DNA of 64,000 nucleotides from Octopus sinensis (GCF_006345805.1 NC_043006.1:7812001-7876000); one strand, 5' to 3'. Shown: positions 36,631 through 49,250, counted from the stretch's first letter. Translations and numbers: made by a program. The notes: generated by a model not told the origin, from the letters alone.

Positions 36631-38885
36631 AAAGAGGGTGTGTGTTGTGCGCGCTCGTATGCACGTATATTTGCAGGCATGTATGTATGTATGTATGTAT
36701 GTATGTATGTTGAAAGGTGTCTGAAACAAAGTGTTCTTACACTGTAGAATTTGTCGCTTCAGTTTTACAGCTGTCTCTTGTGAAATGCATTTCATAGTTA
36801 TTTTACACAAACTGGATTGGCTGAAGAATATTGTTGCTGAGTTGCTTAGCAATGTCACTCGAGTGTCACGATAACTGAATTCATGGCAAAAAAAAAAAAA
36901 AATTATTTCTATTTTTTGTTTTTTTCTGACTGCCAGTCGTGATATTTTTTTTTCTTGCTATAATCGGATTTTTGTGTCTGATTGTTTTTCTCCTGTATTT
37001 CTTTTCTTGTTTTTGTTATTCTTGTGTGTATACCTCACAACACTATTTGTCTATTCTGCTTCTCGGCAACCAGGAATATGACATGAGATAAGGGCTTGTT
37101 CCTTAGTCTTCATTCATTCCCTCAACTCCTCAACAACTACGTTACAACGTTATAAGTACTTGAATGGTTCGTAAACTGATTTTATAGGTGTTCTTGATAT
37201 CTGTATAGTTTCTCAGTTTGTGATTTGTACAATGGGTGTACCCTGATATTTGTTTTCCCTTTTGTGGCATAATGACACCCATGCCTGTGTTTTTGTTCAG
37301 TTTTTATCGATCCTTTCAGTAGTGAAGACGCAAATTGTAAGAACTTAACCTTAGTACGGTACAAACTCGAGATTTGCTCCACAACATTAATCAGTAAATC
37401 AAAACATGTGATGTCACTGTACCGCCTAGCCAATTTGCATAAATCAAAGCAGCTCAGATATTATTATCAAAGAGACTGGAAATATTAATTAGGTCTCTGT
37501 ATTTTAAAATGCACATATATTTTAGCTTGCTGGGTATAATTTCCAGTTGTCGAATTCAGAACAATTCCTCTTGCAAGGCTTCCATGCACTGCAAAATCCA
37601 ACACTTGTGATTAAGAAATTATTAACTCTATTGAATAACTTTCTGTTTACAAATGCAAGTCTAGACTTGGTGCTTTCCTTTACACTACAGAATTTTCTAT
37701 ATAAAGCAGACGATAATCTTTTATATTTAATGAAGGAATTACAACCGTGTTTCGTGGTTTGCTATCACAGCAGCTCCTTTATAGGATCCAGTTAGCTCAA
37801 GGCATCATCAGGAGGAACCACGTCCGGTTTCGGTCCCTACCCCTCTACTGTTTTGACGTGACGCCCCCCCCCCCTTTCGGAGGTGTCTTCAGCTCTGGAG
37901 TTGGTTGCATGTCTTCTTTCTTCTGTTCCCTGTGTCCTCAGTGAGTATCAGCCGCTGACTGACTGACTTGTCAAACTTTATCCCTTTAAACACCTGCCCC
38001 TAGACTCCAGCAGGCAGCCCCAGCAAGTTGTCACGTGACACTGTCTCAACTTTAACTGACCAATGAAGGCGCGTAGTCTTCGCCCACGCATTCTCTAAAC
38101 GACCGTCACCTGTCAGTCAGCGAAGCTAATTCAGTCTCAGCTTGTCTCACCTAATGATGTTATTTCCCGCCGGCATGTTATGACTTTCAAGCCATTTTTG
38201 GTCTTCCCGCTTCAGCCATATATAGAAGCTGGCTATTTCGATCACCTCCTGTACTCCCACATCAGTTGCGAACGTATTAATTTAAACACCTCGTTGAAGT
38301 ATCTAATATATATATATATATTATGATGTAGGCATTTAAATATAAGAGGGTATCGTCTGGTTCAATATTGTTACCGTGTAGGTCAAAGACGAAATGAGGT
38401 TCATATTCATTTGGCGGAAATAATCATTTAAAATGCGTTTTAAACGTCTAGAAATATATTACATTTTTCCGTCAGTGTTTTATATCTAGTTTCTAGCGGT
38501 CTCTTCATAATTTTTTATACTTTTTTCTGTATCTTAACATTGCCGTTTTATTTGTGTTTTAGATATGCGTGCAGTAATATGTTTTTGAGAACATTTACAT
38601 CATTTCAATATTCAAACCGATAATGGTGAAATTTGCTTTATTTGTTTTCCTATGGGAATAACTTTCTGCGAAAATGAGTTTCCATTGAAAACCCGACACC
38701 TGTTACTTTTACGTTTGAATTATAGGCTTCCATCTCTGCAATTTAATTAAGTGATTTTAAGAAAGTATTGCAGAATATTTTTTTTTAAATAGTATATTTA
38801 ACAGATTTAAAAAGTATATTTAATTCATGCTGTATAACTTGTCAATGATATTTTCCAACAAAGCTTACAGGCATATAATCAGTAT

Positions 38886-39249
38886 GTGGAGGCGCAATGG
38901 CCCAGTGGTTAGGGCAGCGGTTTCGATTCCCAGACCGGGCGTTGTGAGTGTTTATTGAGCGAAAACACCTAAAGCTCCACGAGGTTCCGTAGGGATGGTG
39001 GTGATCCCTGCTGTACTCTTTCACCACAACTTTCTCTCACTCTTACTTCCTGTTTCTCTTGTACCTGTATTTCAAAGGGCCGGCCTTGTCACTCTCTGTG
39101 TCACGCTGAATATCCCCGAGAACTACGTTAAGTGTACACGTGTCTGTGGAGTGCTCAGCCACTTACACGTTAATTTCACCAGCAGGCAGTTCTGTTGATC
39201 GGATCAACCGGAACCCTCGTCGTCGTAACCGACGGAGTGCTTCCACTCC
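38886..39249 (+). mobile_element. Type A SINE with a deletion in the head
   Basis: Near-identical to 14415-14797; TSD ATAATCAGTAT. Confidence 0.9.
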
Positions 39250-39813
39250 ATAATCAGTATATTTCTAATGTAATTCTAAGAAATATATACACGTTTGGTA
39301 TTTTGTAACACTGCACACATGGAATCACTGTATATATTTAAGAAATAAGGGGCAAATGAATTTAGTTGCAATGGTCTGAAGAGCCTTGTACTTCGATAAT
39401 AATATGGAAGGTAGAATATAGTTTCAGCCGAAGACGTTAACTAATCGTTTTTAACTTAACTAAAATGTTAACTCGTGGAACGTTATGACGTAGAATCGCG
39501 TCAGCCAATGAGAACATTCTGAAATAGCAGTGGTCTCTAGTAGTCACTTATCAATGATAATGTCAACGTAAGTAAATAATATACAGGTAGAGGATACGAA
39601 TATTGGGCTACACAGATATTTATGGTACTACTACTACTACTACACATTAAAAAAAAAACATTAAAAAGAGATTCCCGGACTTAAACAGTTTTGTTTTCGA
39701 GTACTTTGTCCGGATATCTCTTTTTAAAGTAGAGGAAATAGCTAAGGTTCTCTGGCTGCTATTTCTAAACTTCGGTATGTGGTAAAGCAAATCTTTTCTG
39801 AACCCTAATTATA

Positions 39814-39882
<69 letters not shown>

Positions 39883-40702
39883 TTCGCATTTGGATTTGGC
39901 TTGCAACATTCTTTATGTGAGTTCGTGTGTTGAAGCATATTTTATTGTGTCTGAGAAGAGTCATTCTTTTTTTTAGTTTTTTAGAGTCTAATTATTTAAC
40001 ACACTCTCCGGCAAAGTTTCTATTCTTTGCTCCTTTATTTTTTCCTAAAATTTTCGTTGTGACTTGCAAGCTTTTCAATTGCCGTTGACTCTCTCCGTTA
40101 CCCGAGCTGCGTTCTTTCTGTTTATTTGTTCGCATGTGTGTGGATCGGTGTTTGTGTGTGTGTGTGTGTGTGTGTATGTGCATGCACACGTATGTAAGCA
40201 TGTATGCATGCATGCATGTGTATACATGTATGTGTGTGTGCGTATGTATATATGTATGTGTGTACGTTTGTATGTATGTATTCTGCATATTTGTGTGTTT
40301 TTATGTGTGTGTGTGTTTGCATGTATGTGTATGTGTGTACCTCTGTCTCTTTGTGAGTGCATGTCTAAGTGTGTCAGTGTATGGGTTTTTGTGACTATTT
40401 ACTGTGTCTCTATGTATGGATGTGTGATTCCATATGTGTCCTGGAGTGAAGTGAAGCATGTGAGTGTATATAGTCGCGTGTTTCAGTCTTCATTTGCGTA
40501 TGTATGTGTGTATGTTTGCTTGTCTGTTCATATTACCTATGTATCTATCCGTTATCTATCCGTTTGCATGTCTATCTGTTTACATTCATATCAATTTAGC
40601 CCCATGCATATGCATATACATATACGTTTACATATATGCATATGCACACACACGCTCATACATACATACATCTACATAACAGCCCAGTAACTATTCTACA
40701 AG

Positions 40703-40765
<63 letters not shown>

Positions 40766-40768
<3 letters not shown>

Positions 40769-41067
40769 GGTGAATTGAAGAAATGGAGCTGAACGCAGAT
40801 TGAACAGAAATCGTTTTATTTCATTCTACACGTGTTTCGAAAGGCACGTGTAGAATGAAATAAAACGATTTCTGTTCAATCTGCGTTCAGCTCCATTTCT
40901 TCAATTCACCAATAATATTTTAATTTCAATTATCCGCACCAACGCACGGTTGCAACACCATATGGTGTACCTCCAACCGTGCTGTTTACTGCTGTGATTT
41001 TTGCTACCAAGGTATCGGTTAAACTTTTGATTAATCTACTACAAGATTATTCATCTTTCTATTTCAC

Positions 41068-41068
<1 letters not shown>
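40766..41068 (+). mobile_element. PLE-like terminal fragment in (TA)n beginning with a perfect 69-bp hairpin
   Basis: Arms 40766-40834 / 40845-40913; the apex contains the HHR 3' half GAA-ACACGTGT-A. Confidence 0.7.
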
Positions 41069-41113
<45 letters not shown>

Positions 41114-41155
41114 AATATATATATATAATATTATATATATATATATATATATAAG

Positions 41156-41196
41156 CTGTTACTCAGAGTTTCACGTTCCCGTTCGTCGGGCAGTTT
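41156..41196 (-). ncRNA. Variant hammerhead (CCGACGA core); relative at 50473-50516
   Basis: ACTGC-CCGACGA-ACGGGAACGT-GAA-ACTCTGAGT-A-ACAG; the second copy has a perfect AAACTGT/ACAGTTT helix I. Confidence 0.6.
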
Positions 41197-41301
41197 TGTT
41201 TTTTAAATAAAGCATATTACTCCACCGCTGGTATTTGAGTACTCTTTTTTCCACCTTGTTTCACATTTATGTGCTTACTCCGGTATATATATTTATTTAT
41301 G

Positions 41302-41335
<34 letters not shown>

Positions 41336-42018
41336 TGTATGTATGTATGTATGTATGTACTGGACTGTTATGTAGATGGATGTATGTGTGTGTACGTATG
41401 TATATGTGTATACGTATATGCTTATGTATATAGGTAAATGGATATGAATGTAAACAGCTAGACACAGACGGATAAGTACATACAAGCACACATACACGCA
41501 CACATATGCAAATAAAGACTGAAACAAGTGACCGAAAACACACACACACACACACTTCACTTCACACAGAGACACATATGGAGACACATCAATACATACA
41601 TACACAGTACATAGTCACAAAAACCCATGCACTAACACACTCAGACATGCACACACAAGGAGACAGGGGTACATACACACATACAAACACACACACACAC
41701 ACATATAAAAATACACCAACACAAACGCACAAACACATGAATATGCAGAGTATATACATACAAACGTACACACATACATACATATATACATACGCACACA
41801 AACACGTACATACATGTGCATGCGCACTGACCAACGCACTTGCGTACAAACAGACAAAAGGACCAGGTAGAGTCAACGACTATTGAAAAAGTTGCAAGTC
41901 ACAGCAAAAATTTTAGGAAAAGTAAAGGAGGAAATGAGTGGAAACTTTATCGGAGTGTGTGTTAACTAATAAGGCACTAAAAGAAAATCATTTTCCCCAG
42001 ACACAATAATATACACAA

Positions 42019-42061
<43 letters not shown>

Positions 42062-42074
42062 ATATCAAATAAAT

Positions 42075-42320
42075 ATGCTCTTTTAAAGCCTATCCAGGTT
42101 CATGGGCCCAGTTTCCCAGTTTCTATAGCGTATGTGTTTCCTCAGCTGGACGGGACGCCAGTCCATCGCAGCGTTACTCATTTTCGCCAGCTGAGTGGAC
42201 TGGTGCAACGTGAAATGAAGTGTTTTGCTCAAGAAGACAACGCGTCGCCTGGTCCAGGAATCGAAACCGCAATCTTACGATCATGGTGCTGACACCCTAA
42301 CCTCTAAGCCACGCGCCTCC
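42075..42320 (-). mobile_element. tRNA-derived SINE type D with V-domain-like body
   Basis: GGAGGCGCGTGGCTTAGAGG..GTTTCGATTCC; CTGCGATGGACTGGCGTCCCGTCCAG. Confidence 0.8.
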
Positions 42321-42369
42321 ACATACACACACGCACACAATAAAACACAACACACCTACATATATATAT

Positions 42370-42469
<100 letters not shown>

Positions 42470-42615
42470 AAAAGCAATAAAGATTCAAGTTAATTTAAAT
42501 GAATTTACTTGAATATGGTACCTAACTTAGATGCACCAACAAAAACTATACTGTTTTAACAATACAGTAATGTGGGGTGATTATAAGCGAGAAAGAAGCA
42601 ACAAGAATGGATAGG

Positions 42616-42706
42616 TTTTAGTACAATCGTTTCATACAAGGACAGGCTTTATTAAAAGTTGCAAAAATTACAGCATATAAACGTGTCCCGTAATCATCAG
42701 CTAAAA
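42616..42706 (-). ncRNA. Type I hammerhead ribozyme of the PLE 3' repeat
   Basis: TTTTAG-CTGATGA-TTACGGGAC..GTCCTTGTAT-GAA-ACGATTGT-A-CTAAAA. Confidence 0.85.
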
Positions 42707-44160
42707 TACATGTGAGTTCTCTAGACATCCTAGTGGTTGAGGCTATACTCATGAAGTAATGTAGATAATTAAGTAACATAAACAGATTTCCAAAGTTCAT
42801 TAAAGTTCTTTAAAGATGATGTACAGTCTTATCACAGAATTTTAAAAAAGTTTTAATAGCATCACAGAGAAGGTGACCTAATCCATAGTGCACATATGAA
42901 TTTCCAGAGATATGATGAGGGATTACATACTCACAGAAGACAAATTTATCCATTGTTAATCACAACGAGGTGGGTCTCAATTCCTGCTTATTAGCATTAC
43001 AGAGAGGTGAATTAATCCTTTGTATAGATGCACAATTCCAATGGTGTAGATGTAAATTTCCAGAGAAATGAAGAGGAATTTCATATTCACAGGCGATAAA
43101 TTTATCAATGGTTGAACACAATGAGGTAGGTATCAATTCTTGTTATATGATTAGGTATTTGCCACATTAATCACATTACTGCTATTTACAAGAGGCTGTA
43201 GCTATTTAACTTTTAAAGGCTGAAGGGCTTTCTAGAGAGGCAAAGAATAGAAAAGGGAAGGGAATAGAAGAAAAGAGAGAAAATAAAGGAGGAGGGAGCA
43301 AAAAGGGGGGGAAGGGGACTAAAAGAGAAGAGAAAAGGAAAAAGAGAATAAGAAGAAGAAAAAGAAAAAAGAGAAAAGAGAAAGAAATAGGGAAAGAAGG
43401 AAAAAAAAGAAAAAGAAAAAAAGAGGGTTCTAGTTATACAGAAGAATTAGTAGACGGCAAGTCTGGTTTTAATTTACAGGCATCTAGGAACTAGAGGAAG
43501 AATTATTCTTTGACCAGTAAAACAGCTAATTTATTGCTGTTGAAATCAGCTATGAATTTAAAGAGAATCTAAAGAGATAACACAGTCAGGGGTTTAGGGG
43601 TCAGATGCTAAAATCAAAAGAAAATACATTAGGAAAATCTAAGTATAATCTTATCAAAAAGTCATTTAAATTTACTTATTTAATTTATTCATTTTATTGT
43701 CTTAAGGAGTTGCCGTTATTATTCATACATTGACGGACTACAGGTCAAATCTTAGAAGATCATTTACAAGGTGTTAGGGGATTGTCTATCATAATGAAGA
43801 TAATCATATTATCACCGAGGGAGTAGCCTTATTTATTAATTTGAAATAGAATTATGGGGCTATAGTAACTCATTTTATTTTATTAGAGTTATGCTACTTA
43901 AATTAGATTAAGTTAGGAATTAAAATTAAAAATTACAATTAAGATTTAAAATTAAGAATTTAAAAATTATGAGTTTGAAATTAAATAAAGTCTCAATTAA
44001 GCAACGTATAAGTACTATTCATTTCCCTGTTCTCAAAAAACTGATGCAGATATAAGGAAAAAGATAACTGTAGTGTGAGAACTCTTAGTTATCTACTTAA
44101 AGCAGTGCTATACTAGTAGAAATCAAGTTATATCTATCTATCTAGTTACGAATATTCTAA

Positions 44161-45752
44161 TCATTTAAAATATTTTAAAGTCTTCAATTTAGCGTGGGCA
44201 CAAACTTGACCTAGTTCGATATGGTTATTCAATAAGTTTCTATGTTTTCTATGCTTTAGAATTTCATACGTCTCCATGGAGCTTAGTTGGCAACCAACCC
44301 TACTATTTTTATACAGAATTGCTCTCCTAACTATTTCCCAATTAAGGTTATAATTTTTATTATTATTTTTGAGTTCCCAGATTTTGTTTGAAAGTGTTGT
44401 GGTACCAGCTTTATGACGTAATTTAAAAGACGAGATGTGATTTCTAACTCTGGCTAGAAAATTAATTGTACATCCAATGTAAAGATATTTGTTATTTTCC
44501 GTGGATATGGTACATTTATAGATTACATTATTTTCCCCACATAGACCAGGTGCCGGGCATTTTGATTTTATTCTACACTTACACACAGGAGGAACAACTT
44601 CAGGCTTTGGATTATTCTTGGGTAGATGTCTTAGGTTCCTATTATTTTGATTATCATTTCTATAGTTGGTGCTGATATCTAAAGTCTTGCTATTATTTAT
44701 TGATCCTTCTGTTTCATCATTTAGGTCTAAAGTCCTACCATGATTTCTTATATTATTGGTAATGTTACTATTATTGTTAGTCTTTTATCCGACTGCATAT
44801 GTTGTTATAAATATCACTGATATTTTCATTCTCCTTATTTTCTCCATTAGCCTTATATCTATTTTTTTTATTATTAACATTATTACTTCTATTAATATCG
44901 GCATTGTTATTATTACTATTAATGTTAATGTTTTAGTCATTCTGTGGTTACTATTTCACACCTATGTTTTGATAGTTACTATTGCTGTTTTTATTGTTGG
45001 TAGTATTATTATAATTGCTATTGGTATTCATGCTGATATTATTATTTTTATTTTCTATCTTTCCTGGCTAGTTTAATGTTGTTATTATTAATCTTAGCTA
45101 TTAAAGTGGACATATTTGGGAGGGTTGAATAAGAAATCCTAACTGTTTTCCTAGAAATAATTCTATGATATCTATGAGAGATAGGGAAATTTTTTCCCAG
45201 AATTACTTTGAATTTGTTCTGTATATCCGATTGTATCGCACAGTTGAAAGGAATATTCAGCCATAATATATCTTTTTATTAAATTTAGGGTTCGTAGAAT
45301 TACTACTATTCATCTCACCGGAGTTATTGTATTTATTACCATTATTTTATTTTTATTTGTGTGCATCTTAGGTTTATCTACTTCAATATTATCCGAGTTA
45401 CCTATGTTCTGGTCAATGCTTCTATTTGAATGTTGGGCCTGTACGCTAGATTAGAGTTTACCATTAATTTAATCTACTTTTATTTCGGGCTTGGTCTGTA
45501 TTGCTGCTTACGTGATTACTGATAACTTCATTATTAGGAATACGTGAGTTCCCCTTATCAACGAATGTAATCTTTTGTTGTATCCAGCTTAGTTAACGCC
45601 TCATTATAATGCTCAGAATGGAGTTAATATATCCTTATTGGATGATAATTTTGAAATTCTTAATGAAATATTTCTTACTAAAGATTCTATTATATTTGGG
45701 GGATGATTTGATAATTTATTTACGTAATTCGTGATTTCGCCTTCCTTTCTAA
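44161..45752 (-). pseudogene. PLE RT C-terminus, Asn-rich linker and GIY-YIG endonuclease (frameshifted)
   Basis: ORF 44161-44586 CKCR..CP..VIYKC..YIGCT..RNH..CQL..E. Confidence 0.88.
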
Positions 45753-45848
45753 ATTTATATGATGTAATTTTTGCAACTTTAATAAAGCCTGACCTTGTAT
45801 GAAAGATTGTACTAAAAACCTATCCATTCTTGTTGCTTCTTTCTCGCT

Positions 45849-45882
<34 letters not shown>

Positions 45883-46322
45883 TATTATATATAATATATT
45901 AGGGACACACACAAATATATATGTGCGCGTTTTGTATGCATAAAATTTAATCTAGCACGTTGGAAATAATGATATATCGTATTAATACATGAATGCAATG
46001 ACAGTTCTGGATATATTCGCATTAAAGTAATTCAAATTTATCTATTTTAATAACTTTGCACATGGACTATATCGTTTCCACAACATTCACTTGCTTTGTC
46101 ATATTTGCGTGTATAGATGGTACGGTGTGTGCACGTGCGTGCAGTTGTAAATCTTAAAATGAGCGAAATATTTTAATGAATTTACACAATATTACAAAAG
46201 TACGAGTAATATGTGCGTTCTTGCATGTATAATTATGTTTATACATATACATACATACATATATATATATATATATGTATATATATATTATATATATATA
46301 TGTATTATATAATATATATATG

Positions 46323-46362
<40 letters not shown>

Positions 46363-46364
46363 TA

Positions 46365-46580
46365 CGGAGATGTACTTGCATTGCTAGTGATTTGATCTTA
46401 GATCGTGTGCTGAAACGAAAACAATTGCAGCGTGGAAGGTGTTTTGTAAGCCATTTAAGAAACACACAAAAGCCGTTCAATTCAATTCAACATGTAAGTT
46501 TAATTTGTCAAAATATTTTCGTCGCTTTAAGACCACGATCAAAAATCCGTGCTGCATCTGAGAAAGTAACAGTTATATAT
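46365..46580. mobile_element. Short repeat family embedded in (TA)n; foldback copy at 50093-50352
   Basis: ATTACGGAGATGTAC..CAATTGCAGCGTGGAAGGTG shared; HHR-like topology at 50219-50268. Confidence 0.7.
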
Positions 46581-46802
46581 ATGCAATTATATAATATATA
46601 TATATATATATTTTATTATAAAAGGCTTAGTAAAATAAATTACTTTGCCACATACTGAACTCATTAGAAATAGCAGCTAAAAAAACTTTTTTAAAACTAT
46701 TTCTAATACTTAAAGAAAATCTCTCTTCATATAGTGTTTGCTCAATTCAACTCACGAAAGTATGGGGGTAAAGACATTAAAAAATCAAATGCAAAGGTTA
46801 TT

Positions 46803-46854
46803 TGAGAACGTACGTTTCAAGATTAGTCAACTCGACATTTCTATCATCAGCTCA
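46803..46854 (-). ncRNA. Type I hammerhead ribozyme, array copy 1
   Basis: TGAG-CTGATGA-TAGAAATGTCGAGTTGACTAATCTT-GAA-ACGTACGT-T-CTCA. Confidence 0.8.
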
Positions 46855-47354
46855 GAACTCTTGGTTTGGATTTGAAAAACATGAAAGTGGGAGCATACCT
46901 TTCGGTTCTTATCGCTTCTGAAGATCTGCTCGAAACTAACAGTGCCAGCAAACCCAAGATATGCAAGCGAAGAATTTCTGCTCTCCCCTTTCCACCAGCG
47001 TGGGTTAAAATCAGTAAACACTATGCTTTTTCGGTAAAATCCGAAGCATTAAATAGAGAGAGATGAATTATAATTTCAACAATTGAGGGTAAAATTAATT
47101 AATTATTAATCAATTTCACCAAGTATTCAGTATGTAAAGGGACCATTTAAGGCGAATTCAATTATACATTTTATAAAAAGGGTAGTAAAATAAATTACTT
47201 TGCCACATACTGAACTCATTAGAAATAGCAGCTAAAAAAACTTTTTTAAAACTATTTAATACTTAAAGAAAATCTCTCTCATATAGTGTTTGCTCAATTC
47301 AACTCACGAAAGTATGGGGGTAAAGACATTAAAAAATCAAATGCAAAGGTTATT

Positions 47355-47406
47355 TGAGAACGTACGTTTCAAGATTAGTCAACTCGACATTTCTATCATC
47401 AGCTCA
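47355..47406 (-). ncRNA. Type I hammerhead ribozyme, array copy 2
   Basis: Identical motif to copy 1. Confidence 0.8.
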
Positions 47407-47920
47407 GAATTCCTTGGTTGGATTGAAAACACTGAAAGTGGGAGCATACCCTTTCGGCTTCTTATCGCTTCTGAAGATCTGCTCGAAACTAACAGTGCCA
47501 GCAAACCCAAGATATGCAAGCGAAGAATTTCTGCTCTCCCCTTTCCACCAGCGTGGGTTAAAATCAGGAAACACTATGCTTTTTCGGTAAAATCCGAAGA
47601 ATTAAATAGAGAGAGATGAATTATAATGGTCCCTTTACATACTGAATACTTGGTGAAATTGATTAATAATTAATTAATTTTACCCTCAATTGTTGAAATT
47701 ATAATTCATCTCTCTCTATTTAATTCTTCGGATTTTACCGAAAAAGCATAGTGTTTACTGATTTTAACCCACGCTGGTGGAAAGGGGAGAGCAGAAATTC
47801 TTCGCTTGCATATCATGGGTTTGCTGGCACTGTTAGTTTCGAGCAGATCTTCAGAAGCGATAAGAAGCCGAAAGGGTATGCTCCCACTCTCAGTGTTTTC
47901 AAATCCAAACCAAGGAGTTC

Positions 47921-47972
47921 TGAGCTGATGATAGAAATGTCGAGTTGACTAATCTTGAAACGTACGTTCTCA
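47921..47972 (+). ncRNA. Type I hammerhead ribozyme, array copy 3 (inverted unit)
   Basis: Identical motif to copy 1. Confidence 0.8.
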
Positions 47973-48408
47973 AATAACCTTTGCATTTGATTTTTAATGT
48001 CTTTACCCCCATACTTTCGTGAGTTGAATTGAGCAAACACTATATGAGAGAGATTTTCTTTAAGTATTAGAAATAGTTTTAAAAAAGTTTTTTTAGCTGC
48101 TATTTCTAATGAGTTCAGTATGTGGCAAAGTAATTTATTTTACTAAGCCCTTTTATATAAAATGTAATAATTTGAATTCGCCTTAAATGGTCCCTTTACA
48201 TACTGAATACTTGGTGAAATTGATAATAATTAATTATTTTACCCTCAATTGTTGAATTATGAAATTAAATTCATCTCTCTCTATTTAATGCTTCGGATTT
48301 ACCTAAAAGCCATAGTGTTTACTGATTTCAACCCACGCTGGTGGATAGGGGAGAGCAGAAATTCTTCGCTTGCATATCTTGGTTTGCTGGCACTGGTAGT
48401 TTCGAGCA

Positions 48409-48508
48409 NNNNNNNNNNNNNNNNNNNNNNNNNNNNNNNNNNNNNNNNNNNNNNNNNNNNNNNNNNNNNNNNNNNNNNNNNNNNNNNNNNNNNNNNNNNN
48501 NNNNNNNN
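48409..48508. other. Assembly gap (100 N)
   Basis: Run of N. Confidence 1.
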
Positions 48509-48835
48509 AGAGCCATCTACAAGGTTGCCAAAAACACAGGACAAGATATTGTAATAGCCAGGGCTTTAAGACCTACATCTCTTCAATATCCTTCCGAACG
48601 ACCTGTGTGACCTACATGGGATTGAATTAAGTGTCTTCAAAACGAAACTAGACCGCTTGCTGTCAAGTGTCTCAGATGAACCAGCTTCAGAGGGGAAAGT
48701 GCAGATGAGGGCAGCGATATCAGACACCCTCATGCACGTCAATTTCTAAAATGAATTAGTGACGTAAGTTATGTAGCAACACTAAATGGCGGTGTTCCAG
48801 CATGACCTCAGCACTTGAGCTGAAACTAGATCAAA
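48509..48835 (+). mobile_element. CR1-group LINE 3' end
   Basis: Homologous to 32840-33160 (CTCTTCAATATCCTTCCG..GATGAACC..GGCGGTGTTCCAGCATG..CTGAAACTAGA). Confidence 0.75.
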
Positions 48836-48921
48836 ACAAATCGAATCATATGTATATATGTATACATATATATACACACACACTATATATATATAATATA
48901 TATAATATATATATATATATG

Positions 48922-48971
<50 letters not shown>

Positions 48972-48979
48972 TAATATAT

Positions 48980-49250
48980 ATATATAATTTCTTTTATTTC
49001 TTTCAGTCATTTCACTGCGGCTAAGCGGGAGCAACGCCCTTAGTCGAACAGATGGAATTATTCTTTGTAAGCCTGGTACTTATTCTATCGGAGGCTTCTG
49101 ACAAACCGCTAAGTTACAGGAACGAAAACGCACCACTATCGTTTGTTAAGCGATGTGGAGGAGGGGCACAAACAAAGACACAAACATATAAACACACATG
49201 CAGATGGGCTTCTTTACGCTGGATTTCATCTAAAACGGTGTTTATTATTA
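48980..49250 (-). mobile_element. Type B SINE, diverged 3' part
   Basis: TCAGTCATTTCACTGCGGC..TTCTTTGTAAGCCTGGTACTTATTCTATCGG. Confidence 0.75.

Larger units (their letters stand above)
39938..42015. repeat. Pair of ~700-bp diverged inverted repeats (39938-40690 / 41355-42015)
   Basis: Unique anchors such as GTGACTTGCAA..TTTTCAAT and GGGTTTTTGTGACTAT are mirrored. Confidence 0.75.
42560..45850 (-). mobile_element. 5'-truncated Penelope-like element with 3' HHR and an inverted partial terminal repeat at its 5' end
   Basis: RT thumb YVNKLSNHPP..RISKLSS, linker WLNIPF..ISYSTLPNM, GIY-YIG domain; 42575-42680 is inverted at 45754-45850. Confidence 0.9.
46612..48408. repeat. Tandem then inverted array of a ~552-nt HHR-containing monomer
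   Basis: Units ~46612-47165 and 47166-47626; inverted units from 47628 to the gap; HHR spacing 46803 to 47355 = 552. Confidence 0.85.

Noticed and set aside
37745-37815. Minus-strand CTGATGA...CGAAACACGGT
   Set aside because: No consistent helix I or II
46917-46950. CTGAAGATCTGCTCGAAAC on the strand opposite the array hammerhead (would imply ribozymes in both polarities)
   Set aside because: No helix II can form, position 17 would be G, and helix I does not pair; at best a decayed remnant
46612-48408. CRISPR-like or satellite interpretation of the repeats
   Set aside because: No short repeat-spacer pattern; long units in a eukaryotic context
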